Below the pieces are notes generated by a model that had not been told where the DNA came from, did not search any database, and saw nothing but the letters and a program-made list of their open reading frames with translations. 56,695 nucleotides of DNA, from positions 25,794,570 through 25,851,264 of the forward strand of contig NC_069006.1 in the NCBI RefSeq assembly GCF_001194135.2. Reading direction: 5' to 3'. The position numbers and the translations under genes were made by a program. Positions within the stretch are counted from its first letter, which is position 1; each line of letters starts with the position of its first letter. Source of the stretch: Octopus bimaculoides (lineage: Eukaryota). Of this stretch, positions 1 to 11,273 are shown piece by piece.

Positions 1-79
1 AATTAGTTTGACCAAAAACTCGAGGCAGTGCCCCAGCATGGCCACAGTCTAATGACTGAAACAAGTAAAAGATAAAAAG
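1..79 (+). mobile_element. SINE family A, 3' end fragment
   Basis: ggcagtgccccagcatggccacagtctaatgactgaaacaagtaaaagataaaa matches the 3' end of the full copy at 16402-16795. Confidence 0.8.
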
Positions 80-148
80 TACACACACACAGTATTTATG
101 TGTGTGTGTATGTGTTTGTCTGTGTATAGGTCTATATGTGTGTGTGTA

Positions 149-187
<39 letters not shown>

Positions 188-399
188 TTGGGTCTGAATC
201 TGAAATGAATGCCCAGAACTAAAATAAACACAAGGCTTGGTGGGGTCCCATTGTGTGGTGGTCATTGTTCATAACTAAACACACCCCTCCTCTCATCCCT
301 CCATTCGCCACCCTCCTCTCTCTCTTTCTCATCATCTCACTGTCTACTTCATTCATTTAGTCAGCTGCCCTGCCCTGACCACCCACTCCCCCCATACAC

Positions 400-565
400 A
401 CCTTGACTAACCTGACTGCTTACCAAACCCATTACCACCACCACAACAATGAAGACTATGATGACCACTACTACCACCATCGCCATCAGCCTACAACTAC
501 AGAGATGAGTACCACCATCGCCACCGCCACCACCACCGCCATCGCCATGGCTACCATCACAGCCA
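400..565. repeat. Degenerate (CAC/CAT/TAC)n trinucleotide tract
   Basis: ccaccaccacaacaat...gccaccgccaccaccaccgccatcgcc. Confidence 0.7.
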
Positions 566-1087
566 AGTACACTTCAGCTCTTCTGTTTGCAATTCTTGCA
601 GCTTCACCAGTTGTTGTTGTTATTACTATTTGTGGCAATCTCCCCCCCCCCCCCCTTGAAAGCCTATGGCGTCAGGAGTGAGTGTGTCACATTGTCTTTC
701 ATCTCTTCCTCGAAGGTGAACATACACACGCACACACACACATCTGCACACACACACACACACACACACACACGACTGACGTCATATACTAACACCGGAG
801 CATCGTTTGATATTGTTATTACTGTTGTTGTTGCTGCTTTACATGAAGTCAACTCTGATAGTGCAAACCTATGACCAAAACTATTCTGGCCATGGTCATC
901 CCATGTTTTCATAAACCCAGGCACTACATCAGCCAAGGGCTCCTTTCTTTATTAAGGACTTAAGTGGTGATTATGGGGGTGACTTGGTTTCTATTTCTAG
1001 CAAATGGACCCACTGCATGCAGGCTCCCTTTGTTGGCCTGCAGTTGTAGAAATTATGGCTACCAGTGCTGTTCTTTTACCTTTGAAC

Positions 1088-1472
1088 TTTTGTTTGTTTC
1101 AGTCATTAGACTGTGGCCATACTGGGGCACCACCTTGAAGAGATTTTAGTTGAACAAATTGATCCAAGTACTTTTTTTCTTTAAACCTGGTATACGTATT
1201 CTATTAGTCTATTTTGCTGAACTGTTAAGTGACAGGGATGTAAACACACTAACACCAGTTGTCAAGCGATGGTGGGGGGGGGGCAAACACAGACACAATG
1301 CATACACATACACACACAACAGGCTTCTTTCAGTTTCCGTCTACCAAATCCACTCAGAAGGCTTTGGTCAGCCCAAGGCTATAGTAGAAGACACTGGCCC
1401 AAGGTGCCACGCAGTGGAACTGAACTCGGAACCATGTGATTGAGAAGCAAGATTCTTACCACACAGCCATGC
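1088..1472 (-). mobile_element. SINE family A, full length
   Basis: Reverse complement of tRNA-like head (ggctgtgtggtaagaatcttgcttctcaatcacatggttccgagttcagttccactgcgtggcaccttggg), central CA/TA microsatellite and 3' module; colinear with 16402-16795 and 25531-25943. Confidence 0.9.
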
Positions 1473-1693
1473 CTGAGCCCTACACACATATGTATATATG
1501 CACACGCACACATATGTGTGTGTGTGTGTGTATGTATATATGGGAATATATATGTACACAAGTATAGTTTATACATATATAATATATATATATGCATATT
1601 TATGCATGTATATATATATATATATATATATAGGTGGTGCCTGAAAACTCTACTCATGACCCTCCTAAGAATAGTGGGTGGAGATTGATCATA

Positions 1694-1728
<35 letters not shown>

Positions 1729-2834
1729 GTACATATGTATATACATATGTATATGTATGTATGTTTATGACAAAGGGAGAGAGTAAGAGAGTGTGTAAGA
1801 TTGATGTAGATATAGTTGGAGCCACCATACATTACAATTAATTACAATAACCGTTCAGCATCTAGAAAAATATGGTTTATTGAGTCACAGATAGAGAGGG
1901 GGGGGGGCGTAAAAAAAAAAGAAAAAGCAAAGAAATTATGGTAAGATCCGGGTTGATGTTTGTTGCGCTGTGCATTTCACTGATTAGTCATCGTAGTGAT
2001 TGTAGCAGCCATTTATACAACTGTTGCACACTAACTGCATCACTGATAAAGCATACCAAATTAGAGCCAATTTTCAGCACAGAGCTAATGACTTTGAAAA
2101 GGATGCGTCATGTGGAATCAGTGCAGATAAATCCAAGAAGAATTGGTGAGAGGAAGAAACTGATGGGAGGCTGTTTTCATGAAATCTTGGAGGAGACTTT
2201 GTTGATGATATTTTCTTAGTGATTATCTCGTAAAATATCAGATTGCCAGATAACCTCTTAATCTTCATCAGTTAACTCGTTTAGATTTTTGGTTTTCTAA
2301 ATGACTGATTCCTTTGTTCGAAAGTAATCCCTGGAAATGTTTGTTTCCTGTTGCTCCAAGAAGATGACATCATTGAAGATTTGGCAAGAATGATTTTTAT
2401 CATGATTAACTGGATGGTTTTTCTGATTGGAGGGTTTCGATACACAAACTAATCAAAACCTATTCATTGGCAATAGATAGGTTATGACTGTGTGAGTATC
2501 TTGTCCCTCTGAAACCCATTCTCAATTTGCTGTTAATAAACATGATTAGTGGTGTGGGGTGGGGTAGAGGGATAGGAGAGGTGGGGTTATAATTCAGCAA
2601 TGGATCTTAAGAGCTACAATGTAATTGATGCCTTTTGTTTGCCTGCTGTTCTGAGTTCAAATCCTTGCAATAGGTTGTCGTCTGTGTCCAAGGAAAGAAA
2701 TATCTTTTTGAACTGCCAAATATAAAGGTTACAAATTTTAGCACAAAGCCAGCAATTTTAAGAGAGGTGGCTAAATCATATACATCGACCTATGCATTTA
2801 ACTGGTACTTATTCTATTGAACCTAGAGAGAGAG

Positions 2835-3270
2835 GATGTTTGGTAAAAGGGGTCACCACTGTAGTGAAAGAGTTTATGGAGGTGACCTGTAAGTGAGCTT
2901 TTGAGAAGCGTATGCAATGAAAATGTCAGAAGGCATTTTTATCCAGAATAAGGATAACGAGAGCTGACAAGTCATATGAGGATAGCTGGTTCAGGTGCAT
3001 GTGTCAGAGAACGCTTTATAACTTAGGTTTGAAAAATGGATTCAGTTGGAAGTTGTTATAAGCTAGCAGAAATGGAGTTAGTGTAAATGAAGATATACTG
3101 CTCATGATATGGCCAAAGTTGTGGGCCGACATCATTTAGAATTTCACAAAGCGAAGTTGGTATAAATGAAACAAGCTGTTCATGAGGTGGTCAGAGTTGA
3201 GGGCTGGTATAATTCAGAGCTAGCAGCACGAAGTTGGTGTGAAAAACAGAGTGACTGTTCCCATGCTTGA
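2835..3270 (-). mobile_element. Decayed CR1/Jockey-like LINE ORF2 remnant (linker before RT)
   Basis: Minus strand reads, with stops, HLNQLSSYDLS...IRFSKSSLTGHLHKLFHYSG, resembling the pre-RT motif L..L...K..GPD.IP...LK.....LA..L.KLFN.S; by-eye match only. Confidence 0.35.
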
Positions 3271-3281
3271 CATATAATCGC

Positions 3282-5047
3282 AATCTACACACTCTGAAAG
3301 GTATTTGTAGAACATTTGATTAAAAAATGCCCGTTTAACTGAAAGTTATGAGGAAACAAAGTCTTTATAATCGTATTGTATGCCGTTTGAAAAGTATTTA
3401 TATAAAATTTCGTTGAAAAAAACCCCCATTTTCCTAAAAGTTATGAGGGAAAAATTCGGATCTTGTGAATTTTCCGAGGTCCTCTTCCCACCCTCCCGTC
3501 GCTTTGCGCGCATTTTTTTTCATATTCGTTTCCTATACATTTTTTTTACACCCATTGCACTGTTTTTTTCTGATTTTCGTTGTAAACATTAACCACAAAT
3601 GCTACGCTCTGCTAAAACGAAAAAACTTCGTTATTTATTGACAAAAAATGGCTCGTTATAAAAACGAACGTTACAACGTGTTTGGGACCCACTAATTTTG
3701 ATGACAATAATCGTTTGATAATATTATCTGCTTTTACAATTAGTAATTTACACTGTATTATGAGCAATTATAAGATTTTACGGTGATAGTGCAATTTTAC
3801 TCTTCACCTTGAAAAGAACGTTAGATAAATTGTAAAAACTGTTAATAAAAATTAGATAGCACCAAATATGCCTTCATCATACCTTTTTACATTGATATAA
3901 TTAACATTCAACATAATTTCATTCATTTATTTTTCATAATTTGGACTGCAGTCTCTAACTTCAGTCATTTACTAATCAACAATTTCTGTCGTCTGCCTTC
4001 GTATACCAAAATGTCTGCTAAAGCACAGGTTGTCGGCTGCAAGCTCTGCTCTTTTGTTTATCGTTAACATTACTTTTACTGGAAGTCTATTCAAAAAATG
4101 TTTTGAATTGTCTTCCAGCGGCCAATTTGATATTTTTAATTAACATTGAAGCATGTTTTCCACGAAGAACTTTAATTTAAACGATGACAATGCTATGGAA
4201 AGCTCGTTTCCTCCTCCAACACAAAGCAGTTTGTAGGGCTTCGAAATTTTGGGGGGAAATTTTCTGTTAAGTGTTATTGGAATGCGGCAATTTTGTAAAG
4301 GTACGTTGACATCCTCTTTATTTCTGCAATATTGTAATTCTCAATAAGGTGTAAAACTGTGGTGGCTCCTAGAGTGGTTTTTCAAATTTCCTAATTATTC
4401 TGTCAGGATAAACAGAGCCGAAAGTCCTTAAGTGTGCAATAATTAATAATTTTGTGTAAATGACAGACTCGTTGGTGCGGTGGACAAAATGACTTAAGGC
4501 GATATTTCTCGTAGGGAGCTGCGAGGATTGAAAGGGGGGAAGAAGACAAAATTGCCATATTTTATAGAATTTAGATGGTTTTAAACTTATTAAATTTGTT
4601 CGATTCCATGACGAAGGAGAAAGACTTATATGGAGGCTGATTCTGTTTTGACTTCTCATTAATTAAGAGAATTTTTATTTATTGCAATCACCGATATGTG
4701 TTTGAAAACTACTGTTTTATAGTAATTTAAGTCTTTTAAGTTCTGAGATTTAATTTCGCCTTTGCCTTCCATCGTTCTTGGATCGATAGAAATTACCAGT
4801 CTCTTTCTAGAATCGATTGCATTTCCCTCAAAATTTTGCTGAGTTAAGGAATAGCTATCCCTACAACATGGAGAAGGAAAGGCGCAGAATTGATGTTTAT
4901 TATCATTATTATTTCTATCCCTTTTTATTTTTTAAAGTACACCTGCGAGATCGTTTCCTTTTTCGTTCGCAATGGGCCTACCTATACAAGTGAACCCTAC
5001 CCCGACATAACAAATTTTCTACAAATATCTTTCAGATGGTGTAGATT
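3282..5047. mobile_element. Putative DNA-transposon relic bounded by 37-bp inverted repeats
   Basis: 3282-3318 aatctacacactctgaaaggtatttgtagaacatttg vs reverse complement of 5011-5047 aatctacaccatctgaaagatatttgtagaaaatttg (33/37 identical); interior has more CpG than the flanks. Confidence 0.55.
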
Positions 5048-5309
5048 AGAATTAGATGAGAATTTAATGTGGAAATACACACACACACACACACACACAC
5101 ACCACGTTACATTGTTACATAAATGTACAAAATATGTCTTGAAATTTTGTAAATATATATTTGACGTATGCAGGCGTATGCGCCCACGATCTCTCTTTTT
5201 TTCCCCATTTAATTTCCATTGTAGTCTAAATGGTATTTGTAAATAATTTCATTAAAAATATCCAATTTTCTGAAAGATATGAGGAAACAAAGTCTAAGGG
5301 GCACTCTTA

Positions 5310-5856
5310 TGTAAGTATGCTGTCATAAAATGGGCAAAAGCAAGTGATGTTCGTGGAGGACGGCAGACGTCGGTGCCATCCAAAAGATTGTTATAAAGAA
5401 ATGCCTATTTCTTTAAAATGTGAATTAATAACGCCTGTTTTAATGCGGTTCCAGATGCACCACAAAGTCAAAACATTTGAAAACAACTGAACTAATCCTT
5501 AGATTTTATTTCGTAACAGTTCATGCATGTATAAGGCTTAACATGCAGTTTACTGTTGTGAAAAAGTGAAAGTAAAGTGTCCTAAAAAAATGAAAGTAAA
5601 TTGTAATAGAAACCGAAAGTGATGTATCAAAATTCTATAAAACAAGTATAATATCCGATGGGTGGGCTTTTAATGTGGATCCTGACAACTTCTATACTCA
5701 TGAAGTTGTAAACCATTCTCTGAATTTCGTTGATCCAAATGATGACAGCATCCATACACAGATTATAAAAGAGCGATGGATATTCGTTAAGAAGAAACTT
5801 AGGTGACAATGTGAGACTAGAGATGTTATATTCACATATCTTCATGAACATCGCTA
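5310..5856 (+). pseudogene. Merlin (IS1016/ISXO2-like DDE) transposase pseudogene fragment
   Basis: 5648-5856 reads IISDGWAFNVDPDNFYTHEVVNHSLNFVDPNDDSIHTQIIKERWIFVKKKLR*QCETRDVIFTYLHEHR*, matching the Merlin signature ISD.W...Y.H..VNHS.NFVDP...HTQ.IE..W...K..L; 5341-5410 (EDGRRRCHPKDCYKE) resembles the N-terminal DG..WRC...C motif; stops and frameshifts present. Confidence 0.8.
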
Positions 5857-5954
5857 ATGAAACAAAATTTAGAGATCGTAAAAAAAAATAAAGACTGTTC
5901 TAGAATCTCATTTCATGCATCAGTGGCTGTAGTGTTTCTCTGTAAATGTTGAAG

Positions 5955-6036
5955 ACATTTGCCCAAGGTGCCATGCAGTGGGACTGAACCCGGTACCATG
6001 TAGCTGGGAAGCAAGCTTCTTACCACAACGGCCACA
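5955..6036 (-). mobile_element. SINE family A head fragment
   Basis: ttgcccaaggtgccatgcagtgggactgaacccggtaccatgtagctgggaagcaagcttcttaccac. Confidence 0.8.
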
Positions 6037-6313
6037 AACCTGATAGATTGAACACAACAATAGTTTAAGTGTTTACCCACCAAACTCTTGGCCTTACGAT
6101 TGCTTACGTCGCTTTCCAGCTAAACGCGCGCGCGCGCGTATGTACTCACGCACGCGCATACAATTATAATTGTCATGGCAAATGAAAACAAGTAAATCTC
6201 TGCTAGATTTAGGTCCAAATACCTGGGGATTATTATTGTCCTTCCACCAGAGTTTCAGTTTATTTAGTTCCGACAGCTTGTATTGTCATTACTGGAACTT
6301 TAAAAGTTGTGTG

Positions 6314-6317
<4 letters not shown>

Positions 6318-6359
<42 letters not shown>

Positions 6360-6540
6360 GGTGAGAATAAGAGTGGGTGTAAGTGAGAGAGAGAGAGAAA
6401 GATGATAGGAATATGTGTGAATGTGTAAGAGAGAGTGTGTGTGTGTGAGAAAGAGAGGGTAAGAGTGTGTCTGAGAGAAAGAGAGAGAAGGGAATAGAAG
6501 TGTGTGCGCGAGTGTGGAAGAGAGACTATAAGGGTCTATA

Positions 6541-6571
<31 letters not shown>

Positions 6572-6853
6572 GGTAAGAGTGTGTGTGTGTTTGGGAAAGA
6601 GAGGATAGGTGAGTGTGTATGTATGTGAGAGAGAGAGAGAGAGGGTATAAGTGTGTGCATAGGAGAGAGAGAGGGTAAGAGCGGAGGAGAGGGGGGGGAA
6701 TGAATGGCTGTGAGTGAATGGAAAAGAAGAAGGTATGTAAATGAGATGTGTGCGTATGAGAGAGTGAGTGCGTATGAGTGTGTTTAAATGTTTATACGAA
6801 AGAGAGAGAGAAAGAGACTCTGTCTGTATGTACACGAGTAATATAAGGTGTAT

Positions 6854-6890
<37 letters not shown>

Positions 6891-6960
6891 ACCTTCTGTG
6901 TGTAAAGTAGTAAGAAACGGTGTTTGCTTGGGAAAGAGAGAGAGAGAGAGAGAAAGACAT
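6318..6960. repeat. Compound (GA)n/(GT)n tract with recurring gagggtaagagtgtg unit
   Basis: Unit recurs near 6456, 6568, 6641 (variant) and 6670. Confidence 0.8.
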
Positions 6961-7480
6961 TCCATAATGGATTAAACTGAGACAGTGTTGTAGAAATGAT
7001 GGTGTTTTGTCGTATTTATAATTATGTGTTTGCCGATGTCAGAAATAGATGTGTTGTTTAAATCTCACTGGAGAATACAGCAACACTCATTCATTTCAAT
7101 TCATATTGTTTTACAACTGTGGCAGATATCGATTAATATTATTGTTTATTGGAAACTTCTGCTGTTTATATTTGTTTGCGTACGTACGTGCGCGTGTGTG
7201 TGTGCATTGTGCGAGCGCGCATTGTCTATAGTATAATGTTACGTAAGCACATTCAGGTATGTTTACGTGTGTTGTGAAATGTATGTGTGTATGTGGATGT
7301 GTTTGTGTGTGTGTGTGTGTTTATGTAGGTGTATAGCTAATTATGGTCAGTGGATATGCTCTCGTACAAAATGCAAATAATGACAAATTAAGTTTCTACA
7401 GTAATCTTTCACATGTTCTTGTGTCACTCGTTCTTACCATGTTGTCATTCAGTGACCAGCTCCTTCTCGTGGCAAACCGC

Positions 7481-7631
7481 CGGGGCCGGCCCAAGGGTTG
7501 CTGGCGTCCCGGGCAAGCTGAACTTCGGCGTGTACAAGCTGACGGTCGTGGAAATTTCCTTGTTTTTGTCACCCCCTCCCCCCTGGCGCCCCGGCGACTG
7601 TCTGACATGCTGGTACCTTGAGCCGGCCCTG
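7481..7631. mobile_element. hAT-type MITE (151 bp, GC-rich)
   Basis: TIRs cggggccggcccaagg (7481-7496) and ccttgagccggccctg (7616-7631), 14/16 match; flanks caaaccgc (7473-7480) and caaacctt (7632-7639) form a degenerate 8-bp TSD. Confidence 0.75.
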
Positions 7632-8096
7632 CAAACCTTTATGCCGAAGTGGGCAGACACTCCAGCATGAGGAAGGCCATCATCAGAAACCATGGTTTTG
7701 GAAACTGTACCTCCAATCGCAGCTTTCTCCTTGGTTTATGCTTCACCTCTACTTGTTACAATTCAATCTTTAGTCAATTTAAGTTTTAGAGTTCTCTGCC
7801 TTTCCCCTTTTGAAAAGAATTTTCATTTNNNNNNNNNNNNNNNNNNNNNNNNNNNNNNNNNNNNNNNNNNNNNNNNNNNNNNNNNNNNNNNNNNNNNNNN
7901 NNNNNNNNNNNNNNNNNNNNNNNNNNNNNNNNNNNNNNNNNNNNNNNNNNNNNNNNNNNNNNNNNNNNNNNNNNNNNNNNNNNNNNNNNNNNNNNNNNNN
8001 NNNNNNNNNNNNNNNNNNNNNNNNNNNNNNNNNNNNNNNNNNNNNNNNNNNNNNNNNNNNNNNNNNNNNNNNNNNNNNNNNNNNNNNNNNNNNNNN

Positions 8097-8398
8097 GTTG
8101 GTTCCAGGCCCCGATCCCTATCACGGGAGGTGGTTCAGAGGTTTCCCGACCCTCTCGGGCCGGGGGAGACGCGCCCGCTGATACCTCCAGTGTAGCGCGC
8201 GTGCGGCCCCGGACATCTAAGGGCATCACAGACCTGTTATCGCTCCGCCTCGTGCGGCTTTCTGCCGCCCGTCCCTCTAAGAAGCGCTGCGTTCGCCAAC
8301 CGACTGGCCCGGGCGCGACAGCGTGCCGCCGCCGGGCTAGCGCGGGCCGTGCCGACCGGGTCACCACCACCGCTCCGCAACCGACGCCGTTTCGTTAC
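8097..8398 (-). rRNA. 18S rRNA: 18S rRNA gene fragment (V7-V8 region), orphan copy beside a gap
   Basis: Reverse complement contains cttcttagagggac, ataacaggtctgtgatgcccttagatgtccggggccgcacgcgcgctacactg and cgtgatagggatcgggg (conserved SSU blocks); 8285 to about 8398 is a long GC-rich V7 expansion; the 8398 end is approximate. Confidence 0.93.
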
Positions 8399-8984
8399 TT
8401 TGTGATGTTAGAACACATTTAACTCTATGTATTCCTTTGATTGGTTTCAGCCATCTGGCTAAGTCTATACACATACACATAACCTACCACACATTTGTAT
8501 ATGTATGTGTGTGGTGTAAGCTAACAATATGTTTGAGGAATGACTGGTTGGCTTAATTAATAAGCGACAAGCTAATTACAAAGTTCTGTCCACAGCCTAG
8601 AGAGACAACGACAAGCCCAGATGTTTGCTAGGTTCATGTAAGGTCACATAGATACTGTGGATAGTCTAAGTGATGCAGGAAGTGTCTGAAGGGGCATTGA
8701 CAGTAATTCAATAGTCTTGATTTCATTTAACATATTTATTACCTACCCTTGTCACATGACATCACATGACACCTCCATATAAGCTGTTATTACCTTCAAT
8801 GATTAAACATTTATGACTTGATTTTATCAGATGTTACCTCCAAATAAGCTGTTATTACTTTGGATAATTGATGCAATGAATGTGTGTTTGTGTGTATGTG
8901 TGTGCGTGTTGGTGTGTGTGTGAACGCGTGTGTGTGTTAGTTGTGCGTGCGTATGTGTGTGTGTTTAGGCATTGGTGTAAGTGT

Positions 8985-9220
8985 GTGTGTGCTCCCCAAC
9001 ACCACTTGACAACTGGTGTTGGTGTGTTTACATTTCCATAACTTAGTAGTTTGGCAAAAGGGACTGATAGAATAAGTAGCAAGCCTAATAAAAAGAACGA
9101 GAAAAATAACAAAACAAAAAACAAACAAAGCAGTGGTTGATTCATTTGACTAAAATCTCTTCCAGCTGGTGCTCCAGAATGGCCACAGTCTAAAGATTGA
9201 AACGAGTAAAAGATAAAAGA
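8985..9220 (+). mobile_element. SINE family A 3' module
   Basis: ccccaacaccacttgacaactggtgttggtgtgtttacat...ggtgctccagaatggccacagtc...gtaaaagataaaaga, preceded by (GT)n. Confidence 0.85.
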
Positions 9221-9741
9221 TATCAAATAAGTCTTTTGCCCATGAAGCAATCAGGTTCCTGCCCGTATTCCTCTTCAATAAAAACCTTAGTCTCTGCTAA
9301 AATAACCTTGGATCTTAATTCCTGTTTTTGCTTCCATGTCTGGAATTTCTCCTCTCTCGCTCTCTCAAGTCTACCTGTCTCTATCTGTTTCTCTCTCTCT
9401 CTCTCTGTCTATCTCTGCCTCTGTCTGTCTGCCTCTGTTTCTCTCTCTCTCTCTACCTGTCTGTCTATCTGTATTTGCCTCTGTCTGTCTCTGTATCTGC
9501 TTCTCTCTCTCTCTCACTGAGGTGCATCCATTAGAGGCCTTCACCGTGGGCAGTTCCCGTAGAAGTACAGAGTGTCTGCTCTGCTTGCTTAGGAAAAAGA
9601 TCAAAATAACGAAATGCTTATTAAAAAAAATCTACAATCTCTCTTGCTGAGCTTTTCTTTCATCAGTCAGGATCCCACTGTCATACATTCCTCTCTCTCT
9701 CTCTCTATGTGTATGTGTGTGTTTGTGTATGTATATGTGTG

Positions 9742-9790
<49 letters not shown>

Positions 9791-9946
9791 AGTTGTGTAC
9801 TCCTCTATTATACTCTTCTGCCGGTCTTGTTAACTGTGATCAGTGGGGGGTAACACCTTGGTTACACAACATTCACCACAGTCTTGCAGGAAATACTTTA
9901 CTCCAGTGCCACTGTTGAAGACCATTATATTGGCAGGGGGTAGATG

Positions 9947-9992
<46 letters not shown>

Positions 9993-10257
9993 TGAAGGGG
10001 AGGCAGAGTTGATTCTCAAGCATACACACACATACATACACGCACGTTCTGTGCCTGGGTATAGAAACCAGAGAGAGCATATCAAATATAATTCATTGAA
10101 TTGAATTGTGGTTTGAATGTATTCCAGCTGTGGTCAGTCTATCTTTTGTATTTTCCAGACTGAGTATACCTAGGAAACATGTGATCCAATATGTCCTGTT
10201 TTTCTTTTAAGGCATAAAAGACACATACAGGGCACCTGTTGATTAATATCAATCAGT

Positions 10258-10330
10258 TGCCCAAGGTGCTACACAAAGGGACTGAACCCGGAACCATGTG
10301 GTTGGGAAGCAAGCTTCTTACCACACAGCC
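10258..10330 (-). mobile_element. SINE family A head fragment
   Basis: ttgcccaagg...gggactgaacccggaaccatgtggttgggaagcaagcttcttaccacacagcc. Confidence 0.85.
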
Positions 10331-10847
10331 CCTCCTGCGCATCACACACACACACACCCACACATTTCTATGCTGCAGTACATTCGCATCATTTGGCAAA
10401 TCACAGAGAATACCATTGACTGAAATAATGAAAAATCTATTGGAAGATGGTAAGCGCTGAAGAACTACATGTTATCTGGGCCTGCCTCGAGCAATGCTTT
10501 ACTATTGATCCTTCCTTTATCTCTTGAAACAAGTCCAAAATTTCAGGTCACATACAGCTTCTCAAAGTTTAAAACCAAAATGGCTCATTTGCATTGAGAA
10601 GAATGTCAGAGAATGTGATATCATCTGTATGGGGCTGCTGTTTTTATGGATGTTGTTCTTCTTCTTCCACTGGCTCAAACCATTTAAATGCATGCTAAAA
10701 GGTAATTTTTTTAAATCAAATTACATTGGCTTTGCTCCAGTTAGTATCCTGATCAGTTAAAGTTGCCACAATGTTTGGCCGAGCCCCAGAGATAGACATG
10801 CTTCCATCCAAACTAATTAATGCAGCATTATTATTCATAGAGAAGAG

Positions 10848-11068
10848 CAGTGAGCTGGCAGAGTCGTTAGCACCACCGGGCAAAATGCTTAGCGGTATCT
10901 TGTCTGGCTTCACACTCTGAGTTCAAATACTGCCAAGGTCGTCTTTGCTTTTCATCTTTTCAGGGTTGATTAAATAAGTACCAGTTATGCACTGAGGTCG
11001 ATGTAATTGTCTTAGCCCCTTTCCCAAAACTGCTGGCCTTGTGCCTTTAGCAGAAAGGATTATTATTC
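10848..11068 (+). mobile_element. SINE family B, full length
   Basis: gcagtgagctggcagagtcgttagc head, box-B-like gagttcaaatac, core ctttgcttttcatc...aataagtaccagt, (ATT)n tail. Confidence 0.85.
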
Positions 11069-11080
11069 TTAGAGAGAACA

Positions 11081-11273
11081 GCAGTGAGCTGGCAGAAACG
11101 TTAGTGCACCAGGCAAGATGCTTAGTGTCCTTACATCCATCTTTACATTCTGAGTTCAAATTCCATCAAAGTTGACTTTGCCTTTCATCCCTCTAGGGGT
11201 CGATAAAATAAGTACCAGTTGAACACTGGGATTGATGTAATCAACTTACCCACACACCCAAATTTCAGGCCTA
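11081..11273 (+). mobile_element. SINE family B, second copy in tandem
   Basis: Colinear with 10848-11068 and starts about 12 bp after its tail. Confidence 0.85.

Noticed and set aside
1938-2219. 93-aa ORF with a hydrophobic start (MVRSGLMFVALCISL...)
   Set aside because: No recognisable domain or splice support; within chance expectation
2555-2590. G-quadruplex-like G runs (also 23435-23475)
   Set aside because: Long loops, and such motifs are common in this simple-repeat-rich DNA
7413-7693. GC-rich overlapping ORFs suggesting an exon or contamination
   Set aside because: Explained by the hAT-type MITE at 7481-7631
7692-8422. ORFs of 123-194 aa
   Set aside because: Made of the N gap plus antisense or sense 18S sequence
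9225-9350. Minus-strand protein-like frame EKFQTWKQKQELRSKVILAETKVFIEEEYGQEPDCFMGKRLI*
   Set aside because: Upstream is a GA microsatellite with no acceptor or start; no family recognised
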